64,000 nucleotides of DNA from Mytilus edulis. Lineage: Eukaryota. The notes below the pieces were generated by a model that worked only from the letters and a program-made list of their open reading frames with translations, ran no database searches and was not told the DNA's origin. The position numbers and the translations under genes are program-made. Location of the stretch: NCBI RefSeq assembly GCF_963676685.1, contig NC_092355.1, positions 17,360,001 to 17,424,000 on the forward strand, read 5' to 3'. This document shows positions 35,461 to 48,908 of the stretch, piece by piece (within the stretch, counting starts at the first letter, position 1; each line of letters begins with the position of its first letter).

Positions 35461-37151
35461 TCAAGAAACATCATATAGAAATGCGGACTTGTTTTCATTT
35501 GCAACTAACAACTTGTTACCTGTTGGTTCGAAATGCAATGCACGCGGATAACTAAGGCCATCACGAATGGACAATATTGTTCTGCACCGCTTTCCGTCTG
35601 AGGGAAATGATTACAACGCTGTTTGTATCACTACTGACCACATACACGTTTCCATTGTTGTCTACAGATATACCCTGTGGATATTTCAGATTTTGTGTAT
35701 CCTTAAATTCCCATTTTAGATTTCCATGGATATCATAGCATGTTACAGAATGGTTGTTTTTATTTGTATAATAAATATTGTCACCATGCACTGCAACATA
35801 CGAATAGGATGGCATAATAAATTGAACAAGTGCCTTTTCTGATTCACCATTCCATTGAACTTCCATTATTCCTTTACCTGACTTACAGTATATCAAGGCA
35901 TTTTTATTTAGAGCAATCCCATATGGATATTCACTACTTTGTATAGTTTTTTTGATTGTTCTGCTGTTAGGGTCAATAAATGTGAATAACATTTGAACCA
36001 AAACCACTGGTAACGGCAATGGAACTTTCTCTTTCAAAATATGTTAAATCAAATGCGAGTGTATCTAGCCTAATTTCAAACTCATGCATACCGTTGCTTT
36101 TCAACACAATTAATTGTCGATTTTGATAATCACAGAACATCATCTTGCCATTTGGTAGAATTGCGCAACCTCTAACATCTCCAGTAGATTGAAAATCAAT
36201 TTGCATTTTGTTGCTTAGTTTGATATCATCTATGCATTTGGAAATTAAACTTGGTATCATCATCTGAGCTTCTTTGTTTTTGTTACTGTCGATAACAACT
36301 TTGCACGATTTTGAACCAACACTAACGGACCCAAAACAATCAGCCCTGCAAATGTTTTGTACGTCTTTGTTGACCTCCAAAGCAAGTGTTTTTATCTTCA
36401 TGTTCTCGTTCTTAAGTACTGACTGAATACATTCTGCTTTATCAGAAACCTCTTTTTCAATGTGCTTTAACGCTAAAAATGTTTGAAGTTCTGATGCATG
36501 TTGCCTTATGTTATTTTGGTTACCTTGGAGGTCAGAAATTCCCTTTTCAATGCCTTCAATCTCACACAACAACAGCTTTATTCTCTTACTTTCATTTTCT
36601 TCATTAGCATATAATTCTTTAATTATTTTGTCCTGTATTTTGTCTAAGTGGTCGTTGATCATTTTCCGGGTTTGTTTTATATCACGTTCAATCTTTACTC
36701 TTTCATCCAAAAGACATTTTAAATTTTCCGTGCGGTCATTACGAATTCTTCGGACATTTTCCAACATTTGGACCAGCGTTTGCTCTACCTCGACAAATGC
36801 ACTCGATGACTTGACATTTTGGACGATGTCATCTATTGCTGTTAAATCTTTACACTCATTGTGTGTCTCTATAACACATCGTCTACAACACGGGCAATCA
36901 TGTTTCTTACAGAATATTTGATATTGTTCTTTGTGTTTTTGACATGTTTGTGCAATTTCTAATACATTGGATGGTAGCTTCTGGTACTCTGTGATAGATA
37001 TAACGCTATGGTTTCTAGATGATTTTACGGCTCCATGTTGTTCACTACACTCGCCACACAGTCCCTCGTCACATTCTGAACACCACACTATTGATGCTTT
37101 GTTGATGTTTCGGAAATCGCATACACCACACACAGTCCAATTACCCGCCAT
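35461..37151 (-). pseudogene. TRIM-like B-box/coiled coil/NHL copy 3 (B-type), two +1 frameshifts (pseudogene or assembly indels)
   Basis: Track ORFs 35973..37163 and 35561..36037 are two frames of one gene. Extra A at ~35978-35980 (ggtcaataaatgtg vs ggtcaataatgtg in paralogs) and an extra base at ~35601 (ISLRRK vs ISPDGK). The homologous C-terminus (..RDGLSYPRALH..LYDVS*) continues to TGA at 35461-35463. Confidence 0.85.
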
Positions 37152-40100
37152 ACTACAAAACAAGTGAGTTTAGAATATTACAAATGGATGACACTGCAGA
37201 TGTGCAAACTCTACAGAAAAATGTGAATATAATATATGTTATCATGTGATCAACTTTAGAAATGAGTATGCCTGTCATGTCATTTTTCGCGGAATTTGAT
37301 CAGCTAATGACACGTCTTTTAAAAACCAGAGCACAGGTGTTGAAGCCACGCATTTCCACGGACAACTCCATGCGTGTTTTTTATACCTGTGGTTGTTTAT
37401 TGCAAAAATGATTTCTGTAGATTATTCATGATGCTTTTTTTTAAATATGTAATCAACTAGCTATGTTATCATTGTATGCTATTCACCGGCATTCATTTTA
37501 GTTAATGCATCACTTGGCTATAATGTCGTCCATGCCTAGAACTTCTGACCTTATTATGTAAATTGCCCACGTTGACATTTCTTCGTCTAAGACTTTTTTT
37601 GAAAGAGCTGTATGGTTACCTTACATACGGTAAACGACATGTTATATAACGTTTTAAATAATAAAATAAAGTTGCTTTCAAGAGAGGTACGAAAGATACC
37701 ATAGTAACAGTCAAACTCATAAATCAAAAACAAACTGACAACGCCATGGCTAAAAATGACAAACAGACAAACAATAATTTCAAGTTACACCTTGATTCCG
37801 AATTCTTTTTTTAAAATCACCCGATTCTATCTTAAAGCGGGAAATTTTATCTACGTTCATATTTGTGGGTAATTCAAAATATGTTATTGGGCATTTCCTT
37901 TATTGTCCGCTTATTAGCGATTTATTTGTTTGAGTGGTTTCTCTTAGGGCGACACTCTTTGAAAATGAAGAGCTAGTGTTAAGACCAACAGACGTGGTTC
38001 ATATTTTGCCAAATATTACATTTTATTTCAATATATTCAAATTAATATAATTAAAAAAGAAGGGTTCTTAAATTGATCTATTTCAAAAGCCGAAATGTAA
38101 GGGGAAAAGGTTATTTTTAATAAGTGAACATCGTAGGCTCCAAAGTCCAAAGTCCACATATGTATTGTCAAACGATGACAACTTTGTGCTTTTTTCGACA
38201 TATAAGCTTGAAGAAATCTTAAGTTACAGACTACGATCTATAATGTCCAATAACCAAAAGGATTCAATATGTATGATAGATTTGTAGACACGGTAATTAT
38301 CGAGATAATGGGTGGTGGCCAAAGTTATTTAAACAAAAAAATTGTTATTATGTTGGCAAAACAATGATGAAAACAGATTTATCAACACAAATAATGAATA
38401 ATTATGCAGTCATTACTTCTTTATTCATATTATTTATAGCTCAAATTATTTGTACAGCTTTGGCCGCACGAAGTATTATTTTTCCTTTATAAGCTTTTCG
38501 TTTCTGTAGTAACTTTAGAATTAACTTTTGAATTAAAACATGTTTTGTCTTCGTTCATCACTCAGTGGACAATAATGAACGAAATACGCATCTTAAAGAG
38601 AAATAGTATTGCTAAGCCTAAGTATGTAACTCGGCTAATGGACTGCAAGTCAAAAGAAGGTAAAACCCGACAAAGGGCAAGTGATATTTACACACAAGTA
38701 ATGAAGTGTTAAGTTGCTTTGTTTCAAATTTTGGAAATTCATTTTAAATAACGAATATATATCTCCCTAATGCAAGGTCTGAATTCCTTTCACTTTTTGT
38801 TCTTTTTGTATCTTTTTAACTTTTGATTTGTTTAATAATATTAAGAATTTTGAAATAATTACAAAAATGTAGCCTCGTTCATCACCGAACAGACATTCAT
38901 CGTCCAAATTCGCATCTGTACAGCGCACTTAGTACTGTTGGTGCTATTATAAGTCATATGCCAAAAAGAGTTTATTTTGTAAAAATACTTAAGTAGTAGA
39001 TTATCTATCTGAAATATGTAGTTATATAACCCAATAAAAACGCATTAAAATTGTAGAATTGATATATTTTTGTTTATCAAGACTGGTGTAGAAATTCTAG
39101 ATCTCAATTAAAAATATTATCCAACAATTTCAAATAAATAAATTGTTTGTGTATAAAATAACTACAGTTAAGAATTGTCGTAAATTAGCTATACTAATAG
39201 TTCGATTCGAATAGGTTCACGCATTGATTGTTTTTCTGTTGGCTTTCATGTCTGAAAATGCACACAATCATCGTATTTTGATTTAAAAGCCAAAACTGTA
39301 TAAAGAGGTTTCTTTATATAAGAAGGTAAATTTTTCGAAATAAGTCCATCTAAGAACAAAATTCTAGCCATTTTTGAATTTTACTATAAAGTTTAAACTC
39401 GAGGCCATGCATTGTTTTGCAAGCTACACATTGTGTGTGTCTTAACTGAAAATAGTCTGAATAAGCTGTTAACAGTCCAACTTGATTAAAAAACGAAAGC
39501 AGTAAGTACTTTGGAATTCGGTATTTTTGTTGTACGACCGATCTGTCTATTTTAGTACATAAAGGAGGGTCGAAAAATACCCGAGGGACAGTCAAACTCA
39601 TATATAGAAAAAAACACCATGGCTAAAAATAAAAAGACAAACAGACAAATAATAGCACAAAAGACACAACATAGAAAACTAAATATTAAGCAACACGAAC
39701 CCCAACAAAACTGGGGGGAATGGTGATATCAGGTGCTCCAGAAGGATAGGCAGATCCTGTTCCTCATGTGGCACCCTTCGTGTTGCTCATGTTAACAAAA
39801 CCCGGTAAGAAGTCTAATTCGGTAGGTCACATTCGTAGTAAAAAAAGGAAAGTGGATTGTAGTTACGAAAAAAGGAACATATGCTTAATAATCTGTGATC
39901 ATTATAAGGTTGGTATGTCTACCTTCAGAAGACTAACTTAGTGTAAAATAAGTTCATAGAGTTGCCCTTTCATATCAACGTGTTTTTTTTATATGTATAA
40001 AATTAATAAGTTTATAATGTTTAGGTGGTTATATATCAGTCTTTTAAAATGGCAATTTTGCAAAATAAGGGCATGTGGGTGATCCATTGATTCTTTCTGA

Positions 40101-40343
40101 AGTAAAATAAATACTTATAAATAATTGGTAAATATCATATTAACTAGCTATAGTACAGATTGGCTATGGAAAATCTAGATCTCTGAACATATACGAGTTA
40201 AATCAGTGTGTAATGTACCTGTGTACGTGGCATTCCGTTTCGTGTAAAACTTACAATACACACTGGTATGATGAAGAAAATATGGTAAAGACAGTCACAA
40301 TTAACAGTAGAATGATTAAAATGGATTATATATTGATTATCGT

Positions 40344-40475
40344 ACCTTACGAATCATGAAATCGTCTTTAAAATGGTTTCAAAAGGAAACCGTCGCCACA
40401 ACAAGGAAGGTAAATATGGTCACATGATAACAACTTCCTGTAAACAATTAAGTTATATTGGCGCGGGTATTTCAA
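40344..40475 (-). promoter_or_regulatory. Candidate promoter/exon 1 for copy 3
   Basis: Homolog of 10875-11005; donor AAG|GTACGA (exon end 40346); intact GTCACATGA and ACTTCCTGTAAACA. Confidence 0.55.
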
Positions 40476-41509
40476 ACAACAGTTTATATAGATAACTCAA
40501 TCAAGTTATATGACAATTTCATGGATCAGGATACAAAAGAGACATTTATATATTATATGAGTGCATGTATTAAATAAAGTAATACAAACGTATGATGACC
40601 TGTCTGGTTGTATTCAATAGTATATATCATTTAATTTAGGGTTATTTTTCAGTTTGCGAAATATGTTTTCAATACAGATATTTGTGAGATAAAAATAAAC
40701 TACATGCATGGTAGTTGTGATTTCATAAAGGAGACCAGTTCAGATTCTACAATATGAGGGAATAGAATAACTTTAGCAAACTGTCAATTAAGAAGCAAAT
40801 ATAGTAACTGTTTGCTCTAAATGTTAAATTAAAACACAATTTAAATAATCAAAATAAAATATAAGGTTTTATGAAATTTATGCTAAGATTTTCGCTACTA
40901 AAATGCGTAGACGAAAGTAAAATAATACTGAAGTCCAAATGAAAATTCAAATCGAAAAGTCTCTATTCAAATGTTGAAATCAAAACCTTCAATACATCAA
41001 ACGAATAGAAATCAACAGTCCAATTCCTGCCTTGATGCAGGCATTTCCTTATGTAGATCGCTTTGAATAATTGCTTTGTCAGTCTACATTGGCTCAGTTT
41101 CAACCAACATAAAAACAAAACAATTAAACGAATCAAAAGAAGGGTTTCAAAATTAGTTTACAATACATTAATAACAGATTTGATGTAAGTTTTGCTTTCC
41201 CAACATACAGTCGGCATTCTATATTTATTCGTTGTTTCTATATTGAATTAATCAACTTTTATGTTGGCCCTTTTATCTCGCCTACTATCGGTAATGTCGG
41301 TGTCAACGTGCAAAAAATGATGACTTATATACCGAACTCAAATAAAAACTTGTAAACTCAAAACGCAGATGTTAGCATGGTTAGTAAAAACTGACTAATT
41401 CAAACACTATCAATCAACGGGAAAATATCCGGCAATAATCATGACTTAGTAAAGGCATTGCCGTATAAAATTATGAGTAAAACCTGGTTTTGTAGCTTGC
41501 TAAACCTCA

Positions 41510-42055
41510 ATGTTCTTATCCCAGGCAGAAAACCTTAGCCCTATAAGGCACAACTTTTTTTTTAACTTTTTGGTCCTCAATCCTCTTCAGCTTTGTACTT
41601 GTTTTGGCTTTTGAACTTTTTCATCTGAGCGTCACTGGCTAGTCTTGTGTAGACGAAACGCGGACTGGTGTATTAAATGATAAAACGGGTACCTTTAATA
41701 GCTATTATTCGTGTGTTTCTCTGTCCTATGTGTTCTTCCATTTATTTGTATTGAAGTCCTGTCGAGTAATATGGTTATTTTAATGTTATATTTAACATTG
41801 CCATAAAAGCATGAGGTTTGGCTATCCACAAAACCAGGTTCAACCCACAATTTTTCTTCTTAAAATGTCCGGTTCCAAGTCAGGAATATTGCCATTGTTA
41901 TATTTTATTATTTCGTTTCTGTGTGTGTTACATTTAAGTGTTGTATTGCAGTTCTCCTCTTATATTTGATGTGCTTCCCTCAGTTTTAGTTTGTAACCCA
42001 GATTTTTTCCTCAATTGATTTATGAATTCTGAACAGCGGTATAATACTATTGCAT
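41510..42055 (+). mobile_element. Interspersed repeat with degenerate hammerhead (41629-41670); retrozyme/PLE-associated
   Basis: gagcgtcactggctagtcttgtgtagacgaaacgcggactggtg resembles the hammerhead family; the 3' block gtttgtaaccc...gaacagcggtata recurs at ~32890-33005 and ~58820-58935. Confidence 0.55.
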
Positions 42056-42884
42056 ATATAAGCCAATAAAGATACAAGGGTGAACAAAAAAGAAAAAAAC
42101 ACTGTCAAACACCTGTTTGTTCGAATTTCACTTAAGGGCATACGATACAGTTTTGATCCCGTATTTACAAGTTGATGAAAATTTGCATATAGGCTATTTT
42201 TTACCTGATTAAATCCAATATGGAATAAAAAATATACCTTCATGTGCTTTTTTTTGGAGTTAAATGAGGTCGACATTTTGTATATTTGCTCAAAATTCGG
42301 ATTTGTGGCTGTATTTTCCCTTTCGAAAGAAAGACAACTTTTTTATTTTAAAAGATAAACAAAAAGTGTTTAATTCTCTTGTTTAAAAGAGGTTTGTCGA
42401 AATAGAAACCCATTGACGCTCAGAAGTTAATCCATCGGACACTGATCCTTTTCTGTAGAAACTATTTTTAGTATACTTTTGTATGTTATTTTGAGGTCGG
42501 TTTAGGGTTAGGTCTGGTACTGTCCGGACCTTGATTATATAGTTTAAAGTATTGGTATTCCGTCTTTCAGTTATTATAACACGGAAAACTCCCGTTATAA
42601 TATGTTCAAATCTCGTTAATTCCATGAAGGTTCGACTTAGTTATATATAGTTAAAAATTATCAACCGCATATGCATGCTTAATTTAAATGGTCACTACGA
42701 CGTCAAAATGTATGATTGCTATCTCGCTTTCGCGACTTTTATCACAGAAGAGACAAACCAAACTTATACCAAAATTAAAAGTAGTAATTTTATTGGTCCA
42801 GATGTACATTTCGAAAACTATTTTTTATATACTTTTGTATGTTATTTTGAGGTCGTTTAAGATTGCAAAAACTTATTAGATGGG

Positions 42885-44034
42885 GCCGACATGGTTAACG
42901 AAGCAAGAAAATAACTATTTGCACAAAAGGGAAGGCTAATTGAGGCTATTTCCTCAATTTGGTCTAGTCTTTTCCAGCATGTAATACGTGCAATATACTA
43001 GGGCAGGTGTTTAGGGGGACGAGCATCGGATTGGCTCTTATGCTACCCAGTCCAGGCGCTAATGAATGGCGAAGGGACAAAGAGGATCTTTTTTAAATAA
43101 AACTCTTTCTAAGACCTCATCATTTTGTCAGAAGCTTGTACATTGTAGATGTAAGAAAGGATGTCGCAGTCGTTGTTAATGTGGTCTCCAGTGCACTGCT
43201 TTATGTGCATGCGGGGTGACTGTGAATAAACATGCAATTTTGGCCGAATAGTAGTATTAGTTTTAAAAATGTTTTAGTATATAATAGTGATTTTATTATT
43301 TTTCAATCAATCCATCCAAAATTCTACATCAAAGAAATGAATTGAGGACTCATCTTTGAAATTTACGCCATTTTTTTACCCGAAGTGTCAACTTTGTATT
43401 TAAATATTTACAAAAGAATAGAATTAGGGGTTTTGAGGATGACTTCAAGCCAACAGTTTAATAACCAGCAAAAAAAAAAAACATTTTCTTTACATTTTGA
43501 AAAAAAGTTGAACATTTAAATAATGAATTGATATTTCTATGTCCGCCATTTTAGATATTACCGGAAGTAGGGGATTTCAAGACAGATTTCTTATACATTG
43601 TATCCATTAGAAGCACCAAAGAAAGGTTCCGGCGCAATGTAATGATAGTAGCAATACGTTAAAACACATTTCAATTAGCTTCCCTAAAAAAATAAGCTTA
43701 TTTTAGTACAATGTTCGTCATGTTGGAATTTACTGAATTAGGGTATTTGAAAACATCTAATCTATAAAATATATCCAAAAGTAGTACAAAACAAAGATTT
43801 GTACCAACTATTATGATTGTAGCATGAACACCTTTTCAAATACTAGCCTTCGATATTGGGCTGATATAAGTATGAAGTCCGCCATTTTGGATTTTACCAG
43901 AAGTGAGACATTTTTTTCAAATGCCTCCCTATCTGAAATATAAGAGTTATAGTTGAGGAAGGTCTATGCAAAATTCCATGCTTGTAGCAGGATGTGCACA
44001 ATTCATCTGAAATACGCTTGTAGCCGCCGGACTA
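42885..44034 (+). mobile_element. Academ-like DNA transposon remnant (transposase C-terminus and 3' end)
   Basis: Plus-strand translation DMVNEARK*LFAQKGRLIEAISSIWSSLFQHVIRAIY*G...CQKLVHCRCKKGCRSRC*CGLQCTALCACG (42888-43215), a Cys-rich C-terminal finger like that of Academ transposases; region ends AGCCGCCGGACTA at 44034. Confidence 0.65.
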
Positions 44035-45799
44035 TCTTGTTAAGGTCCAACGGTGAAAATGAATCAAGTAACAATATGTTTTTCCTAGTTAAGCCACACA
44101 AAGAAAAAAACTTCTTAGATACAAAAAAAATCTTCATATCATGGATACTCTAATCTGTTTATCAGAACAATTTGTAAATGTATTTATAATAGCATGTATA
44201 TTTACACCAGATGATTAATTCGGAGTTCTTCGATTATTATTTCAATCTGTGCCTGATGGTTAATAATTTGCTATGTTTCTATTGAAATGTTGATACATAG
44301 ATATTGTCAGTGGAATGGCGGCTGAGGAGAATGTTTAAAATTGTTTTTTCTATCTTTTATGAAATAAAAATGACAAGAAGTATATTCTTTACGTCTGCAT
44401 GGTAAACAATGTCAAAATTAGAATAAAACAAAGAGCATTTTATTTACACTAAGCCCATTTCGTTTATATATGACATATTGGTATAATAAGGGTGAACAAC
44501 AACGTAAACTACTTTTCAATTAATAGTAAAATGTAAAAAAACACGTTTTTGTATCCATTTACACAAAATTGAGGATATTCATCTTCTATTTCTTTACCAA
44601 CAATAGATTTTCTAAGTTGCAAACCAATGTAAAAACAACCAAATGTAATACAAATTGCCAGAAAAAAGTATTAATTATATAATGATTTGATTTTTCTTTT
44701 TTACCAAAAAAAAACATAAATTTTGGTTGTTATGGTATGGTTAAATACTTGATCTAACACAAATGAGAGAGAGAGAGAGAAAAGATACCAAAGGATATTC
44801 TTACTCATTAGAAAAAAATACAAAAAAAGAAAAACGACGAGAAGACAAACATTTTTTATAAAACAAACACAGAGCAACACAATACTGACCAACCACTAGA
44901 GGTAATCTCAGCAGATCCGACGGAAAAGCAGATTCTGCTTTACATTCGTGGTGTTTTTCACTTAGTTTAAAAATCATATCCTAATGAAATTGAATACAAG
45001 TAAAAGGTTGAGCTAGTTGTAAAACAAGGTTTTAATCCACAAATTTTTCTACATACGAAAATGCATGCACCAAGTCAGGAGTATGTTTTCCATTCGTTAT
45101 GTGTGATTTGGCTTTCGAACTTGACATTTGATTGGGACTTACCGTTTTGGATTTGTCTGGGAGTTCGTTATTTTTGTTATTTTACTTTTTGTAAGTCACT
45201 TTCGAGGAAAGAAAGACGGGATGTGGTTATCATGGTTATGAAAGTAAACATGGTATGCCTGCACGGGACCAGAACCTCTTTCAAATATCATCAATATATA
45301 CAGACTTTTCAAATGAGGTTTACCTAATTCAAATATATTTTTTTATAATTTATATTAAACAGATGTTATAATTTGTTTGTCAATCTCTCTAAATAAGTCT
45401 ACAACTGTATGTATATTGGATGTATACCGGATTCAATTAAAATCAGTTTTCCACTAGTGGAAACTGTCAGGATACATTTAAGGTTGATGGATATAATACC
45501 TGCTCACTTGTTTAGTGTTTTGTCATTATAATCCTCAAGTGTTATATGTTTGTTTAAAACTATGTTTTCGTAGATAAAAGAAAATGGTTTGACTTTTATA
45601 ATTGCATTGAGTTATTTGTGTCATATTTTTTCAATTAATTACACTATTGCATATTAATTAAAACACCTTTTCATGAAAAAGAGAAATGCCTTGAATTTTT
45701 CTCTTCATTTGACTCTTTCCTTATAATCCAGAGAATTAATGATAATCTGAATATAATTATGTGGACATAGGTTTAGAGTAAAAGTTCACAGTAGCTGGT

Positions 45800-47488
45800 T
45801 TAGGAAACATCAAATAGAAATGCGGTCTTAGATTCATTGGCAACTAACAACTTGTTACTTGTTGGTTCGAAATGCAATACACATGGACTTCGAAGGCCAT
45901 CACAAGAGGACAATATTGTCCTGCAACGCTTTCCATCAGGGGTAATGATAACCACACTGTTTGTAGCCATACTGGCAACATACACGTTTTCATTGTTGTC
46001 TACGGATATACCCTGTGGATATTGCAGGTTTTGTCTATTCTTAAATGTCCATTTTAAATTTCCATGGATATCATAGCATGTTACAGAATGGTTGTCTTTA
46101 TTTGTATAATACATATTGTCACCATACACAGCAACATACGAAAAGTGTGGCATAATAAATTGAACAAGTGCCTTTTCTGATTCACCATTCCATTGAACTT
46201 CCATTATTCCTTTACCTGACTTACAGTATATCAAGGCATTATCATTTAGAGCAATCCCATACGGATATTCACTACTTTGTATAGTTCTCTTGATTGTTCT
46301 GCTGTTAGCGTCAATAATGTGAATAACATTTGAACCATAGCCACTTGTTACGGCAATGGAATTTTCTCTTTCAAAATATGCTAAATCACATGCGCCTGTA
46401 TTTAGCCGAATTTCAAACTCATGCATATCGTTGCTTTTCAACCCAATTACATTTCCTTTAGTATAATCACAGAACATCATCTTGCCATTTGGTAGAATTG
46501 CGCAACCTCTAACACTTCCAGTAGATTTCAAATCAATTTGCATTGTGTTGCTTAGTTTGATATCATCTATGCATTTGGAAACTAAACTTGGTATCATCAT
46601 CTGAGCTTCTTTGTTTTTGTTACTGTCAATAACAACTTTGCACGATTTTGAATTAACACTTACGGACCCAAAACAATCAGCCCTGCAAATGTTTTGTACG
46701 TCTTTGTTAACCTCAAAAACCAGTGTTTTTATCTTCATGTCCTCGTTCTTAAGGACGGACTGAATACATTCTGCTTTATCAGAAACCTCTTTTTCAATGT
46801 GCTTTAATGCTAAAAATGTTTGAAGTTCTGATGCATGTTGCCTTATGTTATTTTGGTTACCTTGGAGGTCAGAAATTCTCTTTTCAATGTCTTCAATCTC
46901 ACACAACAACAGCTTTATTTTCTTGCTTTCATTTTCTTCATTAGCATATAATTCTTTCATTATTTGGTCCTGTATTTTGTCTAAGTGGTCGTTGATCATT
47001 TTCCGGGTTTGGTTTATATCACGTTCAATCTCTACCCTCTGATCCTGTAGACATTTTAAATTTTCTATGCGATCGTTACGAATTTTGTGTACATTTTTCA
47101 ACATTTGGACCAACATTTGCTCTACTTCTAACCACGCATTCGATGACTTGACATTTTTGACGATGTCCTCTATTGCTGTCAAATCATTACAATCATTATG
47201 TGTCTCAATAACACACCTCCTACAGCACGGGCAATCATGTTTCTTACAAAATGTTTGATAGTGTTCTTTGTGTTTTTGACATGTTTGTGTTATCTCTAAC
47301 ACATTTGTTGGTAGCTTCTGATATTCTGTAATTGAAATAGTGTCATGGCTCCTAGTTGACTTTGATGCACCATGGTGCTCTCTACACTCGCCACAAAGTC
47401 CCTCGTCACATTCTGAACACCACACTTCTGATGCTGTGTTGATGTTTCGGAAATTACATACACCACAAACAGTCCAATTACTCGCCAT
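45800..47488 (-). CDS. RING-less TRIM-like B-box/coiled coil/NHL protein (copy 4, A-type, 562 aa)
   Basis: Intact ORF, MASNW start at 47488 after acceptor TTATTTTGTAG|A; TAA stop and 3' flank (aaagttcacagtag) shared with copy 1. Confidence 0.9.
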   Translation of the reverse strand: MASNWTVCGVCNFRNINTASEVWCSECDEGLCGECREHHGASKSTRSHDTISITEYQKLPTNVLEITQTCQKHKEHYQTFCKKHDCPCCRRCVIETHNDCNDLTAIEDIVKNVKSSNAWLEVEQMLVQMLKNVHKIRNDRIENLKCLQDQRVEIERDINQTRKMINDHLDKIQDQIMKELYANEENESKKIKLLLCEIEDIEKRISDLQGNQNNIRQHASELQTFLALKHIEKEVSDKAECIQSVLKNEDMKIKTLVFEVNKDVQNICRADCFGSVSVNSKSCKVVIDSNKNKEAQMMIPSLVSKCIDDIKLSNTMQIDLKSTGSVRGCAILPNGKMMFCDYTKGNVIGLKSNDMHEFEIRLNTGACDLAYFERENSIAVTSGYGSNVIHIIDANSRTIKRTIQSSEYPYGIALNDNALIYCKSGKGIMEVQWNGESEKALVQFIMPHFSYVAVYGDNMYYTNKDNHSVTCYDIHGNLKWTFKNRQNLQYPQGISVDNNENVYVASMATNSVVIITPDGKRCRTILSSCDGLRSPCVLHFEPTSNKLLVANESKTAFLFDVS

Positions 47489-48908
47489 TCTACAAAATAA
47501 ATGAGTCTTAAATTTTACAAATGGGTGACACTGTAGTTGTAACTTAACAAACAAAATGTAAATATGATATATTTTTTCATTTGGATGATAATGTTCGGCT
47601 GGTCATAGTTCACGGATTTCGATTGGATTATGATTGGTCGTTAAACAAATATGCCACGGGTGTTGGTGCCACCCACTACCACTGACAACGTCATGCCTTT
47701 TTTTTTGTTTTGTCCAGTAGTTGTTACATGAGCAAACTTGATTTCTGTAGATTATTTATGATGTTTTTTTTTCATCAAATATGTAAACAACTAACGATAT
47801 TATCAGTGTATGCTATTTTCTGGCATTCATTTTAGTTAATGCATCACTTGGTTACAATGTCGTTATTTAATGGGACTACTGACCTAGTTATGCAAATTAC
47901 CCACGTTGATTTTCCGCCGTCTAAGTCTATGTTTAAATATATGTAGGGTTACCTTACATACGGTAAAAGAAATGTGGAATTGTAAAATTAATAAGAACAT
48001 TTTTTAATAAATTATTTTTAAAAAGTTGCTTTCACGTAACATAGTGTAACACCTTTTTTTATTAATTCTTTTAAAAATATCCCCCGATCCGGATATAAAC
48101 CTGGAAAATTTTGTTATCTCCGTTCATATTCGTGGATTACTCAATATATGTTATTGGACATTTCCGTTATTGTCCCAATATAACCGACTTATTTGTTTGG
48201 GTTGTTTCCCTTCTTTCGACACTTATTGAAAATGTTGAGCTAGTGTTAAGAGAGAAGGCATGATCTATGTTTGCCAAATATTGCCTTTTCATTCAACATA
48301 ATTATACCAATAAAAAAATTAAAAGGTTCTTAAATTGATCTATTCCAAAGGCCCAAGTGCTAGGGAACAAATGATTGTTTTATAAGTGAACATCGAAGGC
48401 TCCATAATCCACAATTTGGATGTATACGTATTGTCGAAACTGTGTGCTTTTAACGACATTTAATCTTGAGGAAATCTTAAGCTGCAATCTACGATTAATA
48501 TGGCAAATAACCAAAAAGTTGTCAGTAATTATAATAGATTAGAAGACACCGTTATTATCTGCCGCAGGGGTTGCAGCTAAAATGAATTACGCAAAACAAA
48601 CTTTTAGTTTAACATCGGTCCAAACTGAATTTCAACACAAATAATGAATAATAGTAATTCAGAAATCATTACTAACTTATTTATGGCTCAGGTTATTTGT
48701 CAGGTTTTGACCACATTCATTATCATTTTTTTAAGCTCTTCTTTTGTTTAATAATTTTCGAATTAAAAATATTTTGGCATCAATTAAAGGACAATAGCGA
48801 TCAAAATGACCATCTTGAAGAGAAATTAGGACCGCATATTTTATTGCACAAACTAGGTAAAATACTCGGATAATGAACTGCTAGACCAGTAATCTATTAC
48901 GATACTTA

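Noticed and set aside
42741-42815. Possible split hammerhead pieces (atcacagaagagac on +, gaaatgtacatctgg on -)
   Set aside because: The halves are on opposite strands and cannot form one ribozyme; may be chance or a rearranged relic.
47489-47554. N-terminal extensions in the ORF track (MFFR, MFCR, MFVKLQ..)
   Set aside because: They begin at TTG inside the polypyrimidine tract/intron; the conserved ATG follows the AG acceptor.
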